DNA of 63,690 nt, the filler included, from Lenisia limosa (Eukaryota; Protista; Breviatea), in the NCBI GenBank assembly GCA_001655205.1. It is 13 parts of 13 records of this genome, joined end to end, with 100 filler letters (N's around TTAATTAATTAA, not from the genome) between each part and the next. Parts side by side here need not be neighbours in the genome. Positions count along the whole stretch, not along the records: positions 27,062 to 42,468 come from LPNZ01011542.1; 12 more parts are not named here. One strand, given 5' to 3'. Of the stretch, positions 27,950-40,200 are shown in pieces. Numbering within the stretch: position 1 is the stretch's first letter; every line of letters begins with the position of its first letter. Made by a program: the position numbers and the translations under genes. The notes below the pieces were generated by a model that ran no database searches, was not told the DNA's origin, and saw only the letters and a list, made by a program, of their open reading frames with translations.

Positions 27950-30394
27950 ATGGCATTCCCGCTGAAAACAGTTTTAAACCTTTCCGGTCTCCCTCTCCCA
28001 CCGTCACTCTCTTCCACCCAATCACAGGCATCCCTTGTTGCAAGGTAAAGGGCTGTAAATGCATAAACAAACGTAATTTGGATGAAAGTATAACCGCAAC
28101 GCGCTAACATTCAGACGAATTCTCTCTACCGTTGTCACCCTATCTTGTGGTTACCTTTTACTTGCGTGTGTTTTGGTGAGTTGAGGCAAGAGAAGGCCCT
28201 TAGAAGCGTTTCCCTAACCATAATAGGTATATGCCAAGGACAACACCGCATTGAGACTGCTGGCGTTCAGTTTACCTAATGCCGCAATGGTGCTCGTTCT
28301 GGTTCTCATGTCGCGCTTCACGTCAAATGAGGCCTATTCTAGTGTTGCTGGTAGGTTCATAGCAACGCGATGCACTGATACAGGAATATTGAAATCAACA
28401 CAGCTAGTTTCTTGGACCGTTAAGAAAAAAGTTATCAAGTTTCATAATAATCAACGTTCCCACACCATTTGTCACGCCCCTCAGCCCCGTTGCTCTCAAA
28501 CACTGCCCTTTCATCAATGATCCGTCGACTGGAAGCTCTGGCCTACTTTGTTTTCTGGACTATTCTGGTTGTTGTCCTGACTGTTCACGTCATGTACGCT
28601 GTGCAGGTAAGAAGGGAATAGGGTTTGCTGATGAGGAATGCTTACCAATGAGGAATAGAATATGGGAATAGTGTTATGAAAAAATCTCATAGTATAGCAT
28701 GAAGTGTAAATTATAGACGTTTTAAATATCCGTTTATGATACCTTGATGGATTTCATTTCTAGTAATCTGTTTAGACACACGTCCCTTCTGAGTTCCCTC
28801 TTTGGATGGGCGTAAGGGGGGTAAAAGACACTATCAAGTATTGTAAAAATATGTTATAATAGTACTATATCAGACTGAGGCCTTTGATTTATAACAAGGG
28901 AAACATGTTTGATGCCTTAGATTTCGTGGTGTGTGACACAGTTCATTGTGGATGTGTCATTTGCGTGTGCTATGGCCATCGCTGTTATGACCGTTCTTTT
29001 CTTCCATCTGAGAGTCCACACTTGGACCACTGGGTTGGTTTGGTAGTTACTAGGGTTACTTTTCTATGTCCGCTATGCAAATGATGAATGTATAATCAGT
29101 ATCTTTGATAACGTGATGGTATGGGCGGCTTTGGCTTGATGCCCACTTGTTATTTTCCATATTTTACCGGTTCATGTCTTGCCAAACTGATCGTTTTCAT
29201 ACCAATAACCATGGCTCACTCATAGATCCTCGTCGCATTTTTTTCTGTATATGACATGTTGTATTTGACTGGACAGCTTGTTTTGGGATACCAGATAAGA
29301 CATGTGCGGAATAGAGGAGAGTATCAAATCTGATTGCTTTTCCCCTCACTCCGTTTCTTCCTTGTGTCACTGGTATGTTTCATATTTCAGGTTGAAGCGC
29401 CGTCAACTTTCCCTGGAGGATGCCGTGTACCAACATACAATGTTGAGACTCGTGTCGCATGCCTACCTCAAGCCTGCTGCCAACGTTGTTTTGTAGGTTC
29501 TTTGCCCCCCCCCCCCCCNNNNNNNNNNNNNNNNNNNNNNNNNNNNNNNNNNNNNNNNNNNNNNNNNNNNNNNNNNNNNNNNNNNNTCCATTCCATCTAA
29601 CCAAGTAGAACTGTTGCCGGCTCCCTCCTTAGCTTGGCTTTCTTGACAATGGTCAAGTTCGGACTTCCCAGTGAAGACAATGTTGCCCCGGTGGTTGTGT
29701 CAGGTTTGCCAATTGCAACACATTTTGTTTTCTTTCGATCATTTTTTTTTTGAATCCATTTTTATTTTCGATGTTCTTTGCAAATGAGTTTCGGCTCCTG
29801 TTTACATGATACATCGGAGTTTTTTTTATTTATTATTCATTTATTCTAACGTATCATTATAAAAACCCTAATATAGACACTACTATTCACTGAGTTATAC
29901 GTGTCACTTTGCACTTACCAACACCAGCAACTCTCATCGGTACGGCCCTCCTTGTCGCCCTCCCAGTGGCCAAGTTAACGACTGCCGGACGTAAGTGCCA
30001 CGTTGCTGCATCATCTTTGCGTGTCGAAGGCTATGGCAAGGTTGGTTGTCGTGTTCCATAATCAGTTGGTCGTAGTCTTTAGATGTAGTATGATGTATAT
30101 TTCATAGAAAATAACACGACAACCTTTCAATCATGAAACAAAAATAAACCCATTGATTACCCAGGCGAATACGGCCCATTTGGACGCATTCGGACATACT
30201 ATTTCAGCAACTTCTTTGGATTGCGGTTTGTGGACCAACGAAATTAGATGTGCTTGTTGAACGTATTTCAAAACAAGGTTAATTATTCAGATTTCCTGGG
30301 GGTGACGGTGTCACCAAGTACACTAAGCTGGATATTGACAGGGTGCTGTATTGCTGGCCTTGCTATGTGGTTGGATGCTATTCAGGAGACATAG
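27950..30394 (+). CDS. Multi-pass membrane protein resembling DUF3537 / gustatory-receptor-like 7TM ion channels
   Basis: Spliced model: MAFPLKTVLNLSGLPLPP...RRILSTVVTLSCGYLLLACVLVY...LLAFSLPNAAMVLVLVLM...LAYFVFWTILVVVLTVHV...AMAIAVMTVLFFHLRVH...EDAVYQHTMLRLVSHAYLKP...TVAGSLLSLAFLTMV...TLIGTALLVALPVAKLT...RYFLGVTVSPSTLSWILTGCCIAGLAMWLDAIQET*. At least 7 hydrophobic helices. The family call is from remembered motif similarity only. Confidence 0.65.
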
Positions 30395-30510
30395 GTAACT
30401 CCTTTGGCTCTTCGTGTAATATTGTTTTAGTAGATAAATGGTTGAATATCAACGAAGAGTTCAAGAATTATACATTGCACAAACATTAAATAACACGAAA
30501 TATAAAAACC

Positions 30511-31642
30511 CTATTTCAAATTCGCCTTAATTTGATCTCGAATGTTCATAAGGGAGATGCCAAGTTGATTTCTAAATTAGTAAGCTCTGGGTATCTGAAT
30601 TATTGTTGTGTATAATCAATAAACTCCCACCTTCCTGAGCCGTCTCCACCGTCGGCCCAATATGAGTCATTTGCCGTATTTTCAACAAGGTGTCGCTCAG
30701 CCGTCTCCCTGTAAAATGAGGAACTTGGAAGATATTTGGAATAGGGAGTAGGGCAATTACTTGTTCCATATTCTTCATACAACACTATGGAAAGTTGCAA
30801 GGACGGAGGAGTACTGGTTTAGCTAATGTTTATTTCACACAAAATAAAAAAAGTTCATTATCTCATACTCAGTTTCATGCCTCCCACTAACAGCAAAATA
30901 TCCCTGCAGTCAAGGTGTTGGGTGAACTTCGCCATGAGAGCATCTTCCATAATCTAATAGTGTGAGGAAGGACATATCCATACTTGAAAGAGCTCAGAAT
31001 TCAGATGCATGTGATACTACTCAAGTAACCACCTACCCCAATTTTCACACTTTCCCAATCTTTCCTCAAGGGTCGTGATCGTGATCTTCCCTGTGAGTAT
31101 TAATATCCAAGAATTGCCAGCATCAAACACAATAAGAAAACGTAACCAACCAACAACAACAAAAAACTTCAAGTAACTATGTATTCCTCCCACCATTTTG
31201 GCTGCTGAACCTGGGGAGGTAGCATTGCGGATCTCCTCCTCAGATGAATGGCCTGTAACGTTATGTTGGGCATATCACAAAATGTGAAATAAAGGGCAAC
31301 AGTGTCAGGAAAGCCGTGATACAGTCAGTACATTGAATATTTCACAGAGCAATGCATAAACTTCATGAAGCATACCGGGGAATTTCATGGCTTGGAAGTA
31401 GTGTTCAGTTGTTGGCCATGACACGGAGACACCCTACAAAGTGAAAGACAACCTTGTTAGGGAAGGCTCAAGTCAAGAAATCGTAGTAGCAATTGCAACA
31501 TGCTCACCTTAGAGTTCGGGAGGTAGATTTTGTGCCTTGAGAAGTTGCTGAAGCAGCCGTACTGCCCCCTTGTTTGATAGAAGAAGATGGCGTCTTCGTC
31601 ATTTCTTGAAGACGTTCGGATTGTTGTTCGAGAAAGAGACAT
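30511..31642 (-). CDS. ybiA: NADAR/YbiA-family N-glycosidase (DUF1768), 7 exons, complete
   Basis: IFFYQTRGQYGCFSNFS...|WPTTEHYFQAMKF|...SPGSAAKM|GRSRSRPLRKDWESVKIG|IMEDALMAKFTQH...LL|ETAERHLVENTANDSYWADGGDGSG|RNQLGISLMNIRDQI. All canonical NADAR motifs are present. Confidence 0.92.
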
Positions 31643-32844
31643 GTTAATGACTTGGATAGGACACAAAAGCTTAGAAATCTATTTTTATTAACAGAAGGGC
31701 GGTCGGAGGGCAGCGGGCAGGTGGCGATTAACAATGAGATATGATATAGGAGGGGGGGGGGTCTTCGTTCCCCTTTCTTCTTCTTTTCCCAAGAAGCCTT
31801 TAAGAAGAAGGTGTATTCTCGTACTTCTCTCTCTTCTCGTCTGTGCTGTCTGCTCCATCTGCTCGCCTCCTGCTTCTTTTGAGTACACTGGTACAATTTT
31901 CTGTTTATATACTCGTCTTCCCCCCACCTCCCTCTTTCCCCGAGCCGGGTCCTTCATGGAAGGATCTGGCTCTGGCACTTGGCACTTGGCACCTTGGCAC
32001 AGCCTCTCTGGTCAAATTTTTAATAATATTCTATTCTCCTCAAGAAAAAAAAGAACATTACAGTTGGTCAGGCTGTAACCCACTGTCAGATTAAACCTCA
32101 AGCTATTCCCATAAGGGGGTAAAAACCTCGGCACTGTGCTGGTCTTGTGCAATAAACCTCGGCATTGTGCTGGTCTTTGCAATAAAAAATCTTTTAGAAG
32201 GTTTGTGGGTTTGTGGTGGGTTTGTGTCAAACAGTACATGATATCTGTTTTTTTTTTTTTTCAATGTATCTGCTTTGAAACAATATTTAGATATTGTAAT
32301 ACACTGCATCATTTCCTATTTGGCACTTTGGGCAGGGTTGTGTTTGGCATCTTCGGGGAGATGCTTCTTCTCAGCAAGGTCCTCTTATTTTGACAGATAA
32401 AGGGCCATGTAAAGTTTTCAAACACAGACTTTTTCAAACTCAAGACAAGGTTGGGCGGTTAATTAAGGTGTATATTTAGTTACACATACATTGAGGGATT
32501 CAAAAACAAAAAGCATAATTTTGTTCATGTTGCAGTGGTGAATGATATACTGACCTTGTAAAGGTCTGACCCAATGTTTTTTCTGGAAGAAGACCAGGCC
32601 TTTTCTTGACCACCATTTCTATTAATTTTACCCATATCCACTAGTGATATCACCGACTTTCGAGTCGAAGATGAAAGAAGTATGCACAAAGGTCTATCCC
32701 GAGTATAATTGAAACTTGTCGGATAATTTTCACAAAGATATTTTATCACAAGGCGTGAAAATGATCCAAAAATGTAGATGAGCTTCTTTTATATATGATA
32801 TGTTAAACATTTTAACCGCATAGTATAGACCAGTTTCTCAGTCA

Positions 32845-33268
32845 CAAAGGCCAGCCAAGAGGCAATGTCAATGTCACACAGTCCGTAGTCAGAGGACGTG
32901 GTCGCGGTGGCAGGCATGCTCCGAGCCAGACAGACCAGGATGAATCTACAAGGAGTTCGACACGAGGCGGAAGAGGGAGGGGTCGAGGTGGCGCAGCGGC
33001 AGGGGGTAATCCAGAGAGGACAGGCGAGAAGAAGAGCAGGAGCAAGCATCAAGTAAACAAGGGTGACAATGGCAGACAGACCTCCGAACAGGAGAATAAA
33101 TCAAATAGAGGAAGAAGAAGTGAGAGAGGAAAAGGTGGAGGAGATAGAGGAAGAGGTGGAGGTGAAAGAGGAAGAGGTGGAGGTGAGAGAGGAAGAGGTG
33201 GAAGTTAGAGAGGAAGAGGAAAAATTAGGAGAAGAAGAGGAAGAGGCAGTCTCAATATTGCTGACCAG
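32845..33268 (+). CDS. RG/RGG-rich coding segment of an unresolved plus-strand gene; contains an in-frame TAG
   Basis: GQPRGN...RGRGRGGRH...RGGRGRGRGG...GGDRGRGGGERGRGGGERGRGGS*RGRGKIRRRRGRGSLNIADQ|gtttg. The +1 frame is a poly-Glu ORF (33070-33290). Confidence 0.45.
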
Positions 33269-33837
33269 GTTTGTGAAAATTGCCATCTGATTGTCATTTC
33301 AAAATATCTAAGGGTTGAACGTGTATTTCAAAATATCTAAGGGTTGAACGTGTATTTCAAAAAATTAGAGCACCCATTGGTACATTGTTACAGTATTAGC
33401 TTCCTTCAGCAAGATCACCACATGGCACGTACCAGTCGTCACGTGTTGTCCCTGGAGGGGAAAGAATAAAAAAGGAGCTTCAGAGTACAGCAGCTCGTCA
33501 TAAGAGTTAAATGGCGTGTTTGGTGAGTGAGGTGTTACTATTTATGTAATGCCATGGGTGACATTGGATATCCTCTTACAGAATACTGGTAGTTAGCATT
33601 TCTACAGACAGTTAATTTTTCAGCTGAAATCGCAGTGACCCCAATCGCTACTCGTATTATATATAGGATATAATACATATAGTAGCTATAATATATAAAT
33701 TATATTAAATAGTATAACATGTATTATAATATATTATTTTGAACACCTAGGGTGCATCCGACGCAATGGAGTACTTGAAGGTTACAGCAACCCTTTACCA
33801 TGAAGACCTCTTCACTAAATTCTATGACACTGTGCGA

Positions 33838-33925
33838 GTCATAAGGTAAATTAGACTCGTTGTCTTTATAAGGTAAATTAGACTCGTTGTCTTCATAAGG
33901 TAAATTAGACTCGTTGTCTTCATAA
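33838..33925 (+). repeat. 27-bp tandem repeat x3 (ATAAGGTAAATTAGACTCGTTGTCTT-) overlapping a 5' splice site
   Basis: Directly visible; near-identical units. Confidence 0.9.
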
Positions 33926-34309
33926 ATCTATTGGTTTCTGGGTTTTTCTATTATATTTCCATTTCAAAACGTTGACCTCCTCCTCCCTTCAGGAATAAAC
34001 TTGGTGTCGGTGCGGCAGAAGAAATAAGGGTATGGCTAAGTTTAGTGCTCTATTCCCGTACCAAAAAGACAACTGCCCAATAAATCTTTTAATATTTTCA
34101 TTTATTTGACAGAGTACCAATATATCGAACTCAAATAGCCTATTTGAGAATCAGGAAATTGTATGTTTGCATATTAAGAATTTTTAGAAGTTAGTACACC
34201 TTCATCACTCAAGAAAATCGCCAGGAGGACGTTTATGGTGTTACTGTTCTCTGTTTGGGGAGGGGGTCGAAAGAGCTTATCATCTTCAATTCTAGTCACA
34301 GCACTTTAG

Positions 34310-34720
34310 GTGATCATCAGCAGCTACAACCATCTACCAAAAGTCACATTCTCGAGCAAAAAGTCCTATGTATGTTCTGTCATCGCTGTTTTTATTGTTT
34401 AGGGAATTTCGCTGTTTCAGCGATTGGTTGAGAACGGAGCACCGATGCGCACACTCAATCACAAACGAAGAATGCAGCCAGATCTCACCGCGCTACATGA
34501 GTTCAAATATGAGGTCTGTCCTTAACAAGTTAAAATGGGGTGCTACATGAAAGCAATAGGACCATATTTTAAACGAATGGAGAGACGCTGAGAACTCAAT
34601 GTCAATTCGCAACACCCCTCTAGTCCATTCAGAACTGTGTCAAGCCCACTGAAAGACCAATTGTTGCAGAAAATTTGAAGTATCAATACCTGCCAGGTTT
34701 CTCTGCAACCGGATTTTGGT
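34310..34720 (+). CDS. Upf1/ZNFX1-like SF1 helicase fragment (motif III-IV region)
   Basis: ag|GDHQQLQPSTKSHILEQK|GISLFQRLVENGAPMRTLNHKRRMQPDLTALH resembles the ZNFX1-type GDHQQLRP...SLFERLV...RM.PEI. I could not find Walker A/B or motif VI nearby. Confidence 0.6.
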
Positions 34721-34929
34721 CTTTGGCTGCACCGGGCTGTTTTAATAACAACCAGGCCTGAACGACGGTATGCTGTATATATTATCATGAACAACTTATG
34801 ATATTCATATGCACGAATCAACTATTCATTTTCTGACGATCCCAGGTCAAAACTTGCGCATCAACATTAGTTCAATCACGAAGCAGCATGTAAGCTAGCG
34901 GTCTTTGCTTCATCCACCTATAGCCATTC

Positions 34930-37900
34930 AGGCTCTGGCAAGACGGAGCGCTACTCTGCTTTGGTTGCTGCTCCCTCTCTTCAATTCTATGCTTAAGAGC
35001 GGCAGTTTAATCTGACTCTCCAGCAACAAATTTCTCACACAGAGATAATGATGAAATTCGATTCGAAAATTCCATTGTCCTCCCTGTCACCATTTTGGCT
35101 TTGACTGAAGAATGCATTCAATTTTCAAGGAAATCGGTTGTTTCTTCAACAATATGAATGAAAATTTCTAAGTTTACACGAAAAATACATTCAATAAATA
35201 ATACTAACCTACTACCTCACTGTCTAATGGTGACCTTTTCTCTGCCGTCTTGCCGCTTTGAGAAGCTTGATTTCATGGTCTGCTTCTAGGTGTGTGATGA
35301 TAATACGCACTATTTAGGCTGAAATAACTGAACTGAACTGTTACCACCATTATCTTAGTTACCCCCCCCCAAACTTGCAATTTTCTGCCTTATCACATCG
35401 ACGTTGTGTTGTCGTGGGGACTGGGAAATGAGAAAACTCCTTCATATCCTCTTCTGTCTCAAAAATAGCATATGAGGTTTAGTTTACCCATAGTACCATA
35501 AAACTAATTGAGCAAATGGCTAACCTGGGGTATGACAGATTCGGGGATGGGAATGACTTCCTTTCTTGGTGAGGGCGATCTAGACTACACAAAATAAAAG
35601 CAACTAGTGCCTGACATCGAGGATTTGTCCATTAGTCGAAAAAGATGTACAATGTAACTTCCAGGTTTATCCTTGACAAGGAGACATCTCATTTCATGTC
35701 AGGATCTATTATTATAATCATCTCCAGCAAACATATTTCTGGAGTACAGTTGAAGGCACGGTCTCAGACATTCCTCTACCAACCATCTAAATAATTTAAA
35801 AGTGAGAAAAACAGCAAGAATGACTGTTGAAGGGTCTAACTCACTGATTGGCCAAGGCGAAGGTCTGTTGCTGCGTGGGTGGGAAGCATTTGCTGCGACA
35901 AGTCCTACCAAGTAAGTATGATCAGGAGAGAAAGAAGAAGAAAAATGGAATTGTAAATGGACCAGTTAAGAGTCAAGAAGTAGAGACCTACAGGTATGGA
36001 GTTTTGTTCGGTTCGGCGTGGCGATGTAGTGCTACATAGTAAGCCAAACTCGGAGAAAGTGGAGCACAAAGTTATAATGATAATATAAAACCAATCACCC
36101 ACTCCGAATAGCGCGGTTTGAAGGGGGACTGGAATAGAGGTTGTCCCGGAGAGGCTGAAGTACTCTGAGAGACGGCCGCTTGGGGGGACGTGAAGGTAAC
36201 TTGTTGGGGGGTGCGGCTCGGAGTCTGGGTTGCACTGCTATGACGTAAAGAGAGGAATCATTTTGGTCCAGAATGGAGATGGGCAATTGTAATATCGAGG
36301 AATGACTTTTTCAAGATCAAAAGCATACACTCTATCAAGCCTGTTCTGAAGCTGGCGATTTGTCGATTCAAGATAAGCCATATCAGTAACGCGCTTGTCT
36401 TCCTGAAAATATCAGAAACCAGCAGATTAAGCAATGAGTATAAATGTATTCAAAAAGTGGAGTTGGTTTTGGGATGTAATTGACAGGAAGTTCTTCCAAT
36501 AGAATACACTAATAAAGGAAATAGACCCATTAAAACCCACAACAGCCTTCAGCCGGGCTGCGAAGGCGGCGGCTTGGGTCTCAATGTGCTGAGACGCCGC
36601 TTCAAGGTGCCGGGGGGCTTCTAAGAGGACATTAGGTTACGTCCTTAATGCACAAGTTGGCCATTATCACAGGAAAACACGGTAACACAGATTAATACCT
36701 AAATAATCTAAATATCGATACAATTGAAGTAAAGCCCCCGATCTTGATAAGCATCAATGGCGAACCTTGGTCCAACTTGGCAAGACGGGTCTCTGCCCGA
36801 TCTTTGGATCGCTGCATCAAGGCTAGCTTGGCCTCAGCTGAATAGTCAACAATTGGACCATAGAAAAGAGGGGACAAATGTTAAATTCGTGAATAAGACG
36901 ACTTCCCACATCCTGCGGCTCTTGCGTGGGCACCGGCAAGATCGCCCTCCTTGATTGCTCGGTAGGAGTGNNNNNNNNNNNNNNNNNNNNNNNNNNNNNN
37001 NNNNNNNNNNNNNNNNNNNNNNNNNNNNNNNNNNNNNNNNNNNNNNNNNNNNNNNNNNNNNNNNNNNNNNNNNNNNNNNNNNNNNNNNNNNNNNNNNNNN
37101 NNNNNNNNNNNNNNNNNNNNNNNNNNNNNNNNNNNNNNNNNNNTGAAGAGTAAAACACGTCATAAGAAAAGGAAAGCGTGAAATGATTAGAATAGCAGGG
37201 TAAAGCCCCACCTTTGCTCGAGGGTGGTTAGATCAGCCTCAACACGTGCAGTCTTTTGCTCCAGTTCCTCATTCGAAGACATGAGATGAGCATTTCGCTG
37301 GTAGACATAAAATACAGGGGGAGGGGTGAACTTATATATCATTATCATACATATCGTCTTGTTGTGAGACTATGCTGTCCTCTTCTATGAAATTTACCCC
37401 CCCCCCCCCNNNNNNNNNNNNNNNNNNNNNNNNNNNNNNNNNNNNNNNNNNNNNNNNNNNNNNNNNNNNNNNNNNNNNNNNNNNNNNNNNNNNNNNNNNN
37501 NNNNNNNNNNNNNNNNNNNNNNNNNNNNNNNNNNNNNNNNNNNNNNNNNNNNNNNNNNNNNNNNAATGCCAAGTTTGACCCTATAATATAACGAGTATGA
37601 AACACTCCATAAGTGTTTGGACGATAAAAAAGTTCCAGCTGAAAAGAAAATGCCAAGATGATCAATAGTCGCAAACCTTCCATTCCAGCCCCTTCATTTT
37701 GGTTTCATGGTACAACTTGTCACTCTAAACAGTGAGAAGAGAACACAAAGGTTCAGGTTAGATGTCACACACATCTCCAGTAAGTCTTGCCTCCCATCTC
37801 CAGTGAGTCTTGACCGATTTGCTCTGTGATTTCCAAAGCAAAATCGGTCAAGGCTTATCCCAGTCCCTTCATAGTATCATCATAGCCCTCTGGACCTTCA

Positions 37901-40200
37901 AAAGTAGCCGTCTGAGGTTTGACGCCTCAATATGGTACCTTGAAGCGTCCCTGTCAGCTGCCATCAGCTCACTCGCCATTGCCTGAGGAAAGTGAGAAAC
38001 AGTACGGTGGAATAGCGGATCAGTTTCATTCTATCCTACCTGGATATGACTTGTGTTGAGATTGTCATTGATTCTAAAGAATTAGCAACAGTCTTTCGTA
38101 GTATTAAATCTTTCAATGATGTAATGGAAGGATAGTGTTACATACCAAGCCCACTCCTTTTCGGTCATCATCACAGAGCCATCATGTGATCCGAAGGAGG
38201 GAACCTGGTCTTTGGTTGGTGACGCGTCAGAAAGGGGGGACAGAGCCCTGAGGCCTCCGGGAGACCCCCCGGAACGAGCGGCTGTCTTATTGGGGGTTTC
38301 TGGGGTATCAGAGCTTCCCACGAGAATGGAACGTTGTATTCGCTTCAACTCCCCAACAATTCCAATATATTAAATCATATATCATACTACTTGGCAAAGA
38401 CTAACCTGGGGTGGTGTTAATTGGGGGAATTTGTGTTGTTGGCAGACCAGAGTGAACATCCATTCTAAACAGTCAGGACAAAAACAAAGCACCAAAGAAA
38501 ACCTGATCTCTGTAATTGTACATCGCCCACAAACACAGGTTCCCTAGCCTTGTAGGCATCCAAGGCCAAAGTCGACTCATCCAGTTTGTCATTTAGGTCG
38601 CCAAGCTCATGTTCCAGTAGGTCAATGTCGCCCTCAAGCTTCTTAACAACTTCATCATGTTCGTTGACAACGGAGCGGTACTAAGGGGTGAAATATTAAG
38701 GGTGGATATAAAGGGTAGGGGTGAAATATTAAGGGTGGATATAAAGGGTAGGGGTGAAAGGACTAATGGATTGAGGTTTCCTGGGCATATTGCAAACCTC
38801 AACAATTTCGCGCTCTTTTGCCTCGAGTACTAGGACTAAGTCATTGGTCTCTCCTAGGTAGGGGGGGGGGGGAGTAAAATTGGAAAATTTACGAAATAGA
38901 AAAACCCAAATTAAATCTGTTGGNNNNNNNNNNNNNNNNNNNNNNNNNNNNNNNNNNNNNNNNNNNNNNNNNNNNNNNNNNNNNNNNNNNNNNNNNNNNN
39001 NNNNNNNNNNNNNNNNNNNNNNNNNNNNNNNNNNNNNNNNNNNNNNNNNNNNNNNNNNNNNNNNNNNNNNNNNNNNNNNNNNNNNNNNNNNNNNNNNNNN
39101 NNNNNNNNNNNNNNNNNNNNNNNNNNNNNNNNNNNNNNNNNNNNNNNNNNNNNNNNNNNNNNNNNNNNNNNNNNNNNNNNNNNNNNNNNNNNNNNNNNNN
39201 NNNNNNNCAAATAAAATATGTTAACCAAATATTTGAAACATCAATAGTACTGTGGCTTACTCAGGTTCTTGTACATTGTCTGGTCCTCTTCCTCTCTCTC
39301 AGCAAGAAGACTATAAGGTTAATGAGACTATTATTTAAATGAGTTTTTTTTGTTGTTGTCTATGACCAATTATTACAGTACAGACCCTCATTTATTGTAT
39401 TATTCAAAAATTGATGTTGGCTGTGTCCATACTTACGTGTCGATTCTCTGTTGTAAGTCCCTATTTTCCTTTTCCGACACTTCAAGGCGAAACTGCAATT
39501 TCAATAAACAAAGATACTAACAGTTGCATTTCAGCATTTTGTATGTATTATCTAATAGATAAATTAAGAAGCTTACAAGGGCAGTTTTGAGGTCTTGTTT
39601 TGTGAACCGAAGCTCTCGGGCATTTGACTCGGCAAGTTCGACCTAAAACGTCAATTTAGTCAGAGGGCCCGGATATTACATGCAATCTGCGTATAGAAGG
39701 TTAGATATCAAAATTCGATCAAAAAGTTAGGTTATTTTCCCCTCAAAGGTCACTGATACAGCATTATGAAATAGCCACAATAAAGAAAGCCCATCCATTT
39801 GCCCACAATAGCCTGGTGGTCCTCCTGGGTCGGCCCGGGCTGGGGAGGCGGAGGGCCCACGAGGTTGCCTTGAGAATGTTGCCGCTTTCGGGATGGCGAG
39901 CTACAAATATGAAAGGTAGGACCCATGTGTGTTAAACTTAATGTGTTCTTATAATACCTGAATCCCTATCTCCGCCGTCCTTTAGAGTTCAAAATGCCAA
40001 TATTCCCACAATGGCATACTCAAGAGAAGTTGACCTTGGGCTTGCGGCCTTGGCTTCGGGGGTCTGTGCAGGACTTCCACTCTCTTGAGGGGTATGCACA
40101 GGGCTTTCATTCGCCTGTTCAGGAGGTTCAGGGCTTTCTCCAGTCTCAACCTCTACCATGCTACTGGTAGAATAGTTCTCGGATGTGTTCTCCCTATGAC
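34930..40200 (-). CDS. Long coiled-coil / Pro-rich region, probably the C-terminal part of the RhoGAP gene
   Basis: Many GT-AG exons with heptad character: VELAESNARELRFTKQDLKTAL, ETNDLVLVLEAKEREIVE, EHDEVVKKLEGDIDLLEHELGDLNDKLDE, NEELEQKTARVEADLTTLEQR. The join to the RhoGAP exons is not proven. Confidence 0.55.
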
